Part shown: positions 18,794-26,812 of the stretch, piece by piece
Position numbering within the stretch: the stretch's first letter is position 1
Layout: each line of letters starts with the position of its first letter
Source: Gemmatimonadales bacterium
GTDB taxonomy: Bacteria > Gemmatimonadota > Gemmatimonadetes > Gemmatimonadales > GWC2-71-9
Assembly: GCA_041613315.1 (NCBI GenBank)
Contig: JBFJHJ010000002.1
Coordinates: 55,756-119,755 of the forward strand
Length of the DNA: 64,000 nucleotides
Direction of reading: 5' to 3'
Notes under the pieces: generated by a model
Told to the model about the DNA's origin: nothing
Database searches by the model: none
The model's input: the letters and a program-made list of their open reading frames with translations, nothing else
Program-made: the position numbers and the translations under genes

Positions 18794-19885
18794 TTGCGCA
18801 TAGGACTCGCGTTCAATCAACGACCGGACAGCGCCGCCATGGCAAGCGGCGTCGACGGCAGCGCACCCCCACGATCGTTCCATGCGGTCGACGCCTTCGT
18901 TGAATGGGACGAGCCCGAGACGATCGACGCCGTCGCGGACGCGCTACAGCCCCTCGGCGAGGTGGTGCGCCTGGAGGCGGTGGAGGGCTTCCCCGCCCGC
19001 CTGTGGGACGAGCAGGTGGACTTCCTCTTCAACATGGCGGAGGGACTACGCGGGCCGAATCGTGAGGCTCACGTCCCCGCCATCGCCGAGTTCCTCGGCG
19101 TCCCCTACCTCGGCAGCGATCCGCTCACCCTGGCGCTCGCGCTCCACAAGGCCCGCGCCAAAGACGTATGGACCGCCCGCCGGGTGCCGACGGCGCCGTT
19201 CTTGGTCGTCGAGTCCGACGCCGACCTCAGCGCGCTCGAGGCCTCGCGGCACTACCCCCTGTTTCTCAAACCCATGTGGGAGGGATCATCGAAGGGGATC
19301 TCGGAGGCGAGTTACGCGGAGACCCCGGCGGAGGCTGTCGCCCGTGCTCGGGAGTTGCGGGAGGCCTACCAGGAACCGGTGCTCGCGGAGGCGTTCCTCC
19401 CCGGCGACGAGTTCACCATTGCGGTCCTCGGTAATCGGGGCGAGGCCCGGTGCCTGCCCATCATCCGGTACCGGTTCAGCGAGCTCCCGTCGGGTGCCCT
19501 GCCGATCATGGGCTACGAGGCGAAGTGGTTCTGGGATCGACCGGAGACGCCCATGGATATCCTCGAGTGTCCCGCCGCGGTCCCCAGTCGGCTCGCCGCG
19601 CGACTTCGCTGGACGGCGCTCGCCGCCTATCACACGTTGGGCTGCCGCGACTGGGCGCGGGTCGATCTGCGGCTCGATGCCGACGGCCGCCCGCACGTGA
19701 TCGAGGTCAATCCGCTCCCCGGCCTCATCCCCGATCCCGCCGCCCACAGTTGCTTCCCGCGTGCGGCCGCCGAGGCCGGCATGACGTACGCGGACCTGAT
19801 TCAGCAGGCGACGCGCATCGCGTGGCGCCGGCTCACCGGCCACGACCTGCCGCAGGTGCCGCCGCTGGTGGAGGCCGTGTCGTGA
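18794..19885 (+). CDS. D-Ala-D-Ala ligase-like ATP-grasp protein (1)
   Basis: TTG start after GGAG; FNMAEG..REAHVP, LHKARAK, FLKP..EGSSKGI, YEAKW, ARVDLR, EVNPLPG. Confidence 0.88.
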   Translation: MRIGLAFNQRPDSAAMASGVDGSAPPRSFHAVDAFVEWDEPETIDAVADALQPLGEVVRLEAVEGFPARLWDEQVDFLFNMAEGLRGPNREAHVPAIAEFLGVPYLGSDPLTLALALHKARAKDVWTARRVPTAPFLVVESDADLSALEASRHYPLFLKPMWEGSSKGISEASYAETPAEAVARARELREAYQEPVLAEAFLPGDEFTIAVLGNRGEARCLPIIRYRFSELPSGALPIMGYEAKWFWDRPETPMDILECPAAVPSRLAARLRWTALAAYHTLGCRDWARVDLRLDADGRPHVIEVNPLPGLIPDPAAHSCFPRAAAEAGMTYADLIQQATRIAWRRLTGHDLPQVPPLVEAVS

Positions 19886-20907
19886 AGATCGCGGTCCTCT
19901 ATGACGGCGGCGCGGCGGACTGGAGTCCGCAGGACATCCAGTCCGTGCTGGAGCCGGTGGCCACCGTGAGCCGCGCGCTCCGGTCGGCCGGCCACCGGGT
20001 CGTGGCCGTCCCCGTGCAGCCGGGGCTCACGTGGTTCGATGCGGTCCGCCGGTGTGATCTGGTGTTCAATCTCTGCGAGGGTGTGGGCGGCATCAGCCAC
20101 CTGGAGTACAAGGTCGCGTCCGTTCTCGATCTGGCCGGCATCCGGTACACCGGGGGGTCGGCGTGGACCATGACGGTCTGTCACCGGAAGCCGTTGCTCA
20201 ACGCGGTGCTCGCGGCGGAGGCGCTCCCGGTACCGGAGTGGGTGGTGCCCAACGGCGACGTGCCCGATCCCGTGCCGTTGCCCGCCCTGGTGAAGCCGGC
20301 GGCGGAAGACGCCAGCGTCGGGGTGGATCAAGGATCGGTCGTCACGACCCGAGCAGAGTTGGAGGCGCGGGTCGCGAAGGCCACGCGGCAGTTCGGCGAG
20401 GTCATCGTGCAGCGCTACGTCGCGGGACGGGAGTTCGCCGTCGCGTTCGTCGGCGACGAGACGTTGCCCCTCTCGGAGATCGACTTCAGTCGGATGCCGG
20501 GAGGCGCGTGGCCTATACTCTCGTTCGACGCCAAGTGGAAGCCCGGAAGCCCCGAGGATCGCGGCACGCGGCCCGTGTGTCCCGCGCGCGTGGACGACGC
20601 CCTCGCAGCGCGGCTCGTCGCGACGGCCCGGGCCGCCTGGCGCGCCGTCCGAGGGTACGGCTATGGGCGGGTGGACTTTCGGGTGGACGCCGACGGCCGC
20701 CCGTGGGTGCTCGAGGTGAACCCCAACCCCGATATCTCGACCGATGCCGGGTTGGCGAACATGGCACGCGCCGCGGGATGGACCTACGACGAGCTGGTAC
20801 TCCGCATCCTCGGTGCCGCCATGGGGACCCCGGACGACCTGCCACCGTTCCGGTCGGCGGAGCTCGCGTGGTCTGCAGCCGGCGCCGGCGCCGAGGAGCC
20901 CGTGTGA
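19882..20907 (+). CDS. D-Ala-D-Ala ligase-like ATP-grasp protein (2)
   Basis: GTGA overlap; FNLCEG, VKPAAEDASVG, GREF, FDAKW, GRVDFR, EVNPNPD. Confidence 0.88.
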   Translation: MKIAVLYDGGAADWSPQDIQSVLEPVATVSRALRSAGHRVVAVPVQPGLTWFDAVRRCDLVFNLCEGVGGISHLEYKVASVLDLAGIRYTGGSAWTMTVCHRKPLLNAVLAAEALPVPEWVVPNGDVPDPVPLPALVKPAAEDASVGVDQGSVVTTRAELEARVAKATRQFGEVIVQRYVAGREFAVAFVGDETLPLSEIDFSRMPGGAWPILSFDAKWKPGSPEDRGTRPVCPARVDDALAARLVATARAAWRAVRGYGYGRVDFRVDADGRPWVLEVNPNPDISTDAGLANMARAAGWTYDELVLRILGAAMGTPDDLPPFRSAELAWSAAGAGAEEPV

Positions 20908-21428
20908 CGCGCGCCGGTGACGCGGTCATCGTGCTGCGAGGGCCGCGGGCCGGCGAGCTGGAACGCGTCCGGGAGCTCGTCCGCGCCGCGGGCGTCTTCC
21001 GGCCCGAGGAGGTAAACGTGGCGATCGAGGTGTTCGAAGGCGCCGTGCGGTCCCCTGGCGTCGACTACCTCGGCATCGGGGCCTACGAGGATGATCGCCT
21101 CGTCGGGTTCACGCTCTTTGGGCCGACGCCCTGCACCGTTGGCACGTGGGATCTGTACTGGATCGTGGTGGACCCGGCGGTTCACCGACACGGCGTGGGT
21201 CGCCGCCTGATGACGGCGGCGGAAACGGCGATGGCCCAACGAGGCGCCCGCCTGGTGGTGGTGGAGACCTCGTCGCGCGCCGACTACGAGCCCACACGCG
21301 CCTTCTACGACGCCCTGGGGTATGCCCGGGCGGCGCGGATCGCCGACTACTATGCGCCCCGAGACGACCTGGTCGTCTTCCGCAAGAGCCTCGTTTCTTC
21401 AACCGGCGAGACGACCCGCGATGGCTGA
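20904..21428 (+). CDS. GNAT family N-acetyltransferase
   Basis: GTGA overlap; DLYWIVVDPAVHRHGVGRRL (motif A), TRAFYDALGY. Confidence 0.9.
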   Translation: MTRAGDAVIVLRGPRAGELERVRELVRAAGVFRPEEVNVAIEVFEGAVRSPGVDYLGIGAYEDDRLVGFTLFGPTPCTVGTWDLYWIVVDPAVHRHGVGRRLMTAAETAMAQRGARLVVVETSSRADYEPTRAFYDALGYARAARIADYYAPRDDLVVFRKSLVSSTGETTRDG

Positions 21429-22575
21429 TTGGCAGAAGCGGCTGCGCGAGCGCGGCCTCCGAACCCTGGAGCAGCTCGTCGAGAAGTTCGGCGCCGAGCA
21501 TTTCCCGGACCTCGAGCGGCTGCAACTCGCCGTGGAGAACTTCGAGTTCCGGATCTCGCCCGCCATGGTCGATCTCATCCAGGAACCGGACGATCCGATC
21601 TGGCGCCAGTACGTGCCCACGCTGGAGGAGCTCGAAGTCGTTGACGGCGTCCTCGACAGTCTGAACGAGGATGCCGACAGCCCGGTGCCCAACATCACGC
21701 ACCGCTATCCGGATCGCGCCCTCTTTCTCGTCAGCCCCGTTTGCGCCGCCTATTGCCGGTTCTGTACGCGGCGCCGCAAGGTGGGCGACCCGGAGAAGAT
21801 CCCGATGGCGCAGCTCGAGAGCGCCTTCCAGTATCTCGAGGAACATCGGGAGATCCGGGACGTGATCCTCTCCGGCGGCGACCCGATGCTCCTGTCGGAC
21901 CGTCGCCTCGATGCCATCCTGACCCGTCTCCGGAAGATCCCGCACCTCGAGATCCTTCGCATCGGGAGCCGCGTTCCCTGCCACCTCCCGGAGCGGATTA
22001 CGCCCGAGCTCTGCGCGATCCTCGCCAAGCACCACCCGTTCTACATCAACACGCACTTCAACCACCCCGCCGAGCTCACGCCGGCGGCGATCCGCAGCCT
22101 GGGAATGCTCGCCGATGCCGGTATCCCCCTCGGGTGCCAGACCGTGCTCCTCCGGGGCATCAACGATGATGTCGAGGTGATGAAGGAGCTGATGCAGAAA
22201 CTCCTCGCCGCCCGCGTCCGCCCGTACTACATCTACATGTGCGATAACGTGGCGGGGGTGGAGCACTTCAAGACGACGGTGGCCAAAGGCCTCGAGATCA
22301 TCGAGGGTCTCCGCGGATGGACCAGCGGTCTCGCCGTCCCGCACTTCGTGATCGACGCACCAGGCGGCGGCGGCAAGATTCCCCTCCTCCCGGAGTACGT
22401 CGAGCAGATCACCGACGACGAGGTGGTGCTCCGCAACTTCCGGGGGGACCGCTACGTGTGGACGCAGCCCCGGGAGGAGATCCTGGCGGCCGCCGACGTC
22501 GGCGGGCGCTCGTACGCGATGCACGTCACGACCGGTAACGGCCGGCGACGGGCGAGGAAGCGGAAGCGGGCGTAG
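21421..22575 (+). CDS. kamA: KamA-family radical SAM enzyme, lysine 2,3-aminomutase
   Basis: THRYPDR, CAAYCRFCTRRR (CxxxCxxC), SGGDP, HFNHP, YMCD, IDAPGGGGKIP (PLP lysine). Confidence 0.9.
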   Translation: MADWQKRLRERGLRTLEQLVEKFGAEHFPDLERLQLAVENFEFRISPAMVDLIQEPDDPIWRQYVPTLEELEVVDGVLDSLNEDADSPVPNITHRYPDRALFLVSPVCAAYCRFCTRRRKVGDPEKIPMAQLESAFQYLEEHREIRDVILSGGDPMLLSDRRLDAILTRLRKIPHLEILRIGSRVPCHLPERITPELCAILAKHHPFYINTHFNHPAELTPAAIRSLGMLADAGIPLGCQTVLLRGINDDVEVMKELMQKLLAARVRPYYIYMCDNVAGVEHFKTTVAKGLEIIEGLRGWTSGLAVPHFVIDAPGGGGKIPLLPEYVEQITDDEVVLRNFRGDRYVWTQPREEILAAADVGGRSYAMHVTTGNGRRRARKRKRA

Positions 22576-22605
22576 GCGCGCCCGTCGCCTCCCGCCGCGC
22601 CTCGA

Positions 22606-24699
22606 TCACTTGCCGTTGTCGCGCTCCTTCTTCCGCTCCTCAATGATCTTCTGGGCGACCTCCGGCGGCACTTCCTGGTAGCTGGCGAACTGCCAGCGGA
22701 ACGTGCCGCGCCCGTGCGTGATCGAGTGTAACTGCGTGGAGTAGCGATACATCTCCGCTTCCGGCACCTGGGCCCGGACCTTCGTGAGCCGGCCGTCCGG
22801 CTCGCTGCCCAGGATCTGACCCCGGCGCGCCGAGAGATCCCCCATCACCTCGCCGAGGTTATCCTCCGGCGCCCAGACCTCGACGTCGAGGATCGGCTCC
22901 AGGATCACCGGTTTGGCGTTCTGTGCGACGTCCCGGAATGCGTGGATCCCCGCCATCTTGAAGGATTGCTCGTTGCTGTCCACGTTGTGGTAGGATCCGT
23001 CGTAGCACTCGACCTTGAAGTCCACGACCGGATAGCCCGCCACGACACCGCGCTGCGCGGCCTCCTGGACGCCTTTATCGACCGCCGGGATGTACTTGTT
23101 GGGAATCACGCCGCCCTTGATCTGGTCGGCGAACTCGTACCCCGCGCCTCGCGGCAGCGGCGCGATCCGGATCCAGCAGTCTCCAAATTGGCCGCGGCCA
23201 CCGGTCTGCTTCTTATGCCGGCCCTGCCCTTCAGCCTTGGCCCGGAACGTCTCCCGATACGCCACCCGGGGTCGGCTCAGCTCGGCGTGGACGCCGAACT
23301 TCCGCGCCAGCCGTCCGATGACGACTTCGAGGTGCCGCTCGCCGCGGCCGCTGATCAACGTCTGTCCCAACTCCCCGCTGTACTCGTGGTGGAAGGTGGG
23401 ATCCTCCTCGTGCAGCTTGTGGAGGCCCGTCGACAGCTTGTCCTCCTCGCCGCGCTGCTTCACTTCGACCGCCATCACGATCAGCGGCTCCGGGAATGGT
23501 ATCGGCTTCACGATGGCCGGCATCTGGCGGGTCGAGAGCGTGTCGTTGGTATGCGTATCCCGCAGCTTCGCCACGACCCCGATATCCCCGGCGTGAAGCG
23601 CCGAGACCTCGGTCCGCTCTTTCCCCTGTGCCACCGACAGGTGGTTGAGCTTCTCTTCGGCATTGCGGGGAGCATTGAACGCCGCGGCGCCGTTGGCGAC
23701 TGATCCCGCGTAGACCCGGAAGAAGGTCACGTCCCCAACGTGCGGCTCGGAGACGGTCTTGAACACATGCGCCACGAACGATGACTTGTCGGCCTGCGCG
23801 AGCGAAATCTCCTCATCGGTATCGGTGCGAAAGGCCTTGATGGGCGGCAGCTGCGTGGGCGGCGGCACCAGTTCTGCGAGCTTCGTCAGCAGCGCCCGCA
23901 TCCCGTACGTCTGCTGCGACGAGCCGCACAGCAGCGGGAACACCTCGCCGGTGAGCATGCCCGCCTTCATTGCCTCGATGACGTCCTCCCTGGGGATCTC
24001 CTCGCCGCTGAGGTAGCGCTCCAACAGATCGTCATTCGTGGTGGCCACCGTCTCCACCAGCTCCTGGGAGTACTTCTCAAGGCGCTCACGGTATGCTTCC
24101 GGGACGTCCGTCTCTTCGTACTCGCCGGCCTTCGTCCCCTTCCGATACATGTGGCACTTCTTCGAGAAGAGGTTGACGATGCCATGGAACTCCGGCCCTT
24201 CGCCGACGGGGATCTCGATCGGGATGACCTTGTTCGTCAAGTGCTGCCGGATGTCCTGGTACACCTGTTCGAAGTCGGCGTGGTCCTTGTCGAGCAGCGA
24301 CACGAAGAACAGGCGCGGGATACCGCGCTCCGCGGCGTACTCCCACACCTTCTCGGTCCCCACCTCGACCCCGGCCGTGGCGCTGACGACGACGAGCGCC
24401 GCATCCGCCGCATGGATCCCCGCAACCGCGTCGCCGATGAAGTCGAGATACCCCGGCGTATCGATCAGGTTGATCTTGGTGTCTTTCCACTCGGCGTGGG
24501 CCAGCGCCAGGCTGATGGAGTACTGCCGGTCGATTTCGTCTTGGGTGTAGTCGGTGAGGGCGGTTCCGTCGGTGACCGAACCATGCCGCTTGCTGCTGCC
24601 GGCCACGAACGCCAAGGCATCGACCAGGGAAGTCTTGCCGCTGGCGCCGTGGCCGACGACCGCGACATTCCGAATGGACGCTCCTGTGTACTCGCGCAC
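22606..24699 (-). CDS. fusA: Elongation factor G paralogue (EF-G II type)
   Basis: AGGAGGT RBS plus GTG 24699; GHGASGKTS, DTPGYLDF, GRGERHL, KKQTGGRGQFG, DGSYH. Confidence 0.92.
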   Translation of the reverse strand: MREYTGASIRNVAVVGHGASGKTSLVDALAFVAGSSKRHGSVTDGTALTDYTQDEIDRQYSISLALAHAEWKDTKINLIDTPGYLDFIGDAVAGIHAADAALVVVSATAGVEVGTEKVWEYAAERGIPRLFFVSLLDKDHADFEQVYQDIRQHLTNKVIPIEIPVGEGPEFHGIVNLFSKKCHMYRKGTKAGEYEETDVPEAYRERLEKYSQELVETVATTNDDLLERYLSGEEIPREDVIEAMKAGMLTGEVFPLLCGSSQQTYGMRALLTKLAELVPPPTQLPPIKAFRTDTDEEISLAQADKSSFVAHVFKTVSEPHVGDVTFFRVYAGSVANGAAAFNAPRNAEEKLNHLSVAQGKERTEVSALHAGDIGVVAKLRDTHTNDTLSTRQMPAIVKPIPFPEPLIVMAVEVKQRGEEDKLSTGLHKLHEEDPTFHHEYSGELGQTLISGRGERHLEVVIGRLARKFGVHAELSRPRVAYRETFRAKAEGQGRHKKQTGGRGQFGDCWIRIAPLPRGAGYEFADQIKGGVIPNKYIPAVDKGVQEAAQRGVVAGYPVVDFKVECYDGSYHNVDSNEQSFKMAGIHAFRDVAQNAKPVILEPILDVEVWAPEDNLGEVMGDLSARRGQILGSEPDGRLTKVRAQVPEAEMYRYSTQLHSITHGRGTFRWQFASYQEVPPEVAQKIIEERKKERDNGK

Positions 24700-24819
24700 G
24701 GTCTTCACCTCCTGAGGGCAGGGAGGTAGAACATGGCCGGTCCCACGTCCACTCGCTAGCCCCCGGGCCGAGCAGCCCGGTGGCACCGCCAGAAGCGACG
24801 GCCGGCCCACACGCAAGCG

Positions 24820-24847
24820 GCGGCGGGGCCACCGCAGGCCCCGCCGC
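24820..24847. terminator. GC-rich hairpin, possible terminator of the upstream lipoprotein gene
   Basis: GCGGCGGGGCC-ACCGCA-GGCCCCGCCGC, 11-bp perfect stem; no clear U-tract. Confidence 0.45.
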
Positions 24848-24889
24848 TCACGGATACCTTCGATCCGCCGAATGTCCGCCCGGCCCGCG

Positions 24890-25522
24890 CTACCCGCCCA
24901 GGCCGATGTTCATGACGTCCGTCGCCGGCTCCCCCTCGTCCAAGCCGTGGCGGAGGTGATAGACGAGCCGCACGAGTACACGCACCGCCCGGAGGTTCAG
25001 CGCCAGCGCCTCAGCCGAGCGGCCCTCATCCAGGGCGGCGTCCGCGAGCTCGCGGAGCTCGGCGACGTGGGCGAGGACCCCACGGATCCGCGGTGCGTCG
25101 CGATCGCCCAAACGCTGCTCGATGCGGGCGCGGACCCGGTCCACGACCTGGCCGACCCGCGCCGGCGCGTCCGGGAAGGTATGGACGATCGCCTGCAGCA
25201 GCTTGTCGTAAGACTCTCGGGCGAGGGCCCGTGCGCGATCGAGGTCCCCCTCGTCACGGGCGGTACGTGCCTCGACCCGCAGGGCACGGGCGTCCTCCAG
25301 GAGCGCCACGGCGGTGGCGTCGCCGTGCTCCTCCACGGCGCGGACCAGTCGCTGGACCAGGTGAGCCAGGCCGACTTCCTCGCGGTCGAACGTGTGGTCC
25401 GCCTCAGCCGCCAGGGAGAGGGCCAGTCCCTCCTCCTCGGCCGGCGCCAGTGGGCCGGATTGGTCGCACCCGGCGAGGACGAAGCCGGCCAGCGCGATCC
25501 CGATGAACGTACGGATACTCAT
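24890..25522 (-). CDS. Hypothetical all-helical lipoprotein
   Basis: MSIRTFIGIALAGFVLAGC lipobox; amphipathic helical repeats. Confidence 0.75.
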   Translation of the reverse strand: MSIRTFIGIALAGFVLAGCDQSGPLAPAEEEGLALSLAAEADHTFDREEVGLAHLVQRLVRAVEEHGDATAVALLEDARALRVEARTARDEGDLDRARALARESYDKLLQAIVHTFPDAPARVGQVVDRVRARIEQRLGDRDAPRIRGVLAHVAELRELADAALDEGRSAEALALNLRAVRVLVRLVYHLRHGLDEGEPATDVMNIGLGG

Positions 25523-25669
25523 GATCACCCCTCGTGTCGTGGTTTCCGAGGGCTTAGACGAGTGCGGCGGGGTGCTGTTAAGGGGGCGAGGCCATCGCCC
25601 CGACCCGCACGCCTAGCCCGGCCACGCGACCGCAGGCATTCTTCGAATCGGAGGAACCGGACCCCAACC

Positions 25670-26782
25670 ATGCCACACGACCGTGTCCGCTCCCGACTCA
25701 CCCGCCGCGACTTCGTCGCGTCCGGCCTCGCCGCCGCCGCGCTGGCCGTTCCGGCGGCGGGGCCGCTCCGCCAGCTCCGCCGCCGGCAGGGTTCCACCCC
25801 TGTGATCGACGGCCTCGGCGAGATCCGCCTCGACTACGACATGTCCCTGCTCGACGAGATCCGCGCCAGCGGACTGACGGCCTGCGTCATCACGGTCGGC
25901 AACCCCGCCCTGCACGATGCGACCGCGTTCCCCGACCTGCGCCGCGAGATCGAGGCGTACGATCGCCACGTCGCGAACCATCCCGACCGACTCGCTCACG
26001 CCCGTTCGGTCGGCGACATCGACCGCGCGCGGGCCCGGGGCACGATCGGGCTGCTGTACTACACGCAGAACGCCACCCCCGTCGAAGACGACGTGCGCCG
26101 CCTCGACACGCTTCGGCAGTTGGGCGTGCGCATCGTCCAGCTCACGTACAATACCCGGAACCTCCTGGGCGACGGTTGCCTCGAACGTACCAACGCCGGC
26201 CTCAGTCGCTTCGGGCTCGAGGTCGTCGAGCGGTTGAACGCGCTTGATATGGTGGTCGACGTGTCCCACTGCGGGGAGGCCACGACCCTCGATACGATCC
26301 GGTCTTCCCGGACGCCCGTCGCCGTGACGCACGCCGGGTGCAAGGCCGTTTTCGACCACCCCCGCAACAAGACCGACGACGCGCTCCGCGCGCTGGCGGA
26401 TCGCGGTGGGGTGATCGGCATCTACCAGATCAATCCGTATCTCGGGCCGAAGGAGCGAAACACCCTCGACGATTACCTGGCGCACCTCGATCACGCCATC
26501 AACGTGGCGGGGGTCGACCACGTGGGCATCGGCAGTGACCGTGAGCACCGCCCGATCCCCGACACCGAGGAAGAGAAGCAGAAACTCATCGCGGAGCTGG
26601 CACAGCTCCGTCCCGTTACCGCCGCCACGTTCCGCTGGCCCTTCTTCCTCAGCGAGCTCAACCACCCCCGGCGCATGGAGACCGTGCGGCGTGCGCTGGA
26701 GCGACGCGGCCGCCCCCCCGCGGACATCGACAAGATCCTAGGAGGGAATTTCTATCGGCTGTTTCGGGACACGCTCGGATGA
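25670..26782 (+). CDS. Membrane dipeptidase family (M19) protein with Tat signal
   Basis: TRRDFV Tat motif; QLTYN, GLSRFG, DVSHCG, THAG, HPRNK, HVGIGSD, ILGGNFYR. Confidence 0.88.
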   Translation: MPHDRVRSRLTRRDFVASGLAAAALAVPAAGPLRQLRRRQGSTPVIDGLGEIRLDYDMSLLDEIRASGLTACVITVGNPALHDATAFPDLRREIEAYDRHVANHPDRLAHARSVGDIDRARARGTIGLLYYTQNATPVEDDVRRLDTLRQLGVRIVQLTYNTRNLLGDGCLERTNAGLSRFGLEVVERLNALDMVVDVSHCGEATTLDTIRSSRTPVAVTHAGCKAVFDHPRNKTDDALRALADRGGVIGIYQINPYLGPKERNTLDDYLAHLDHAINVAGVDHVGIGSDREHRPIPDTEEEKQKLIAELAQLRPVTAATFRWPFFLSELNHPRRMETVRRALERRGRPPADIDKILGGNFYRLFRDTLG

Positions 26783-26812
26783 GTCGGAGCCGAGCCGGAC
26801 GACTGTCCGCCG

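Noticed and set aside
18794..20907. vanA/vanB-type glycopeptide resistance or housekeeping ddl
   Set aside because: No vanH/vanX/vanRS or mur/fts context, and the N-terminal Ddl substrate motif is absent.
21421..22575. EpmB of the EF-P modification pathway, or glutamate 2,3-aminomutase
   Set aside because: No efp/epmA adjacent; the PGGGGK motif and the two Asp residues fit KamA-type lysine aminomutase.
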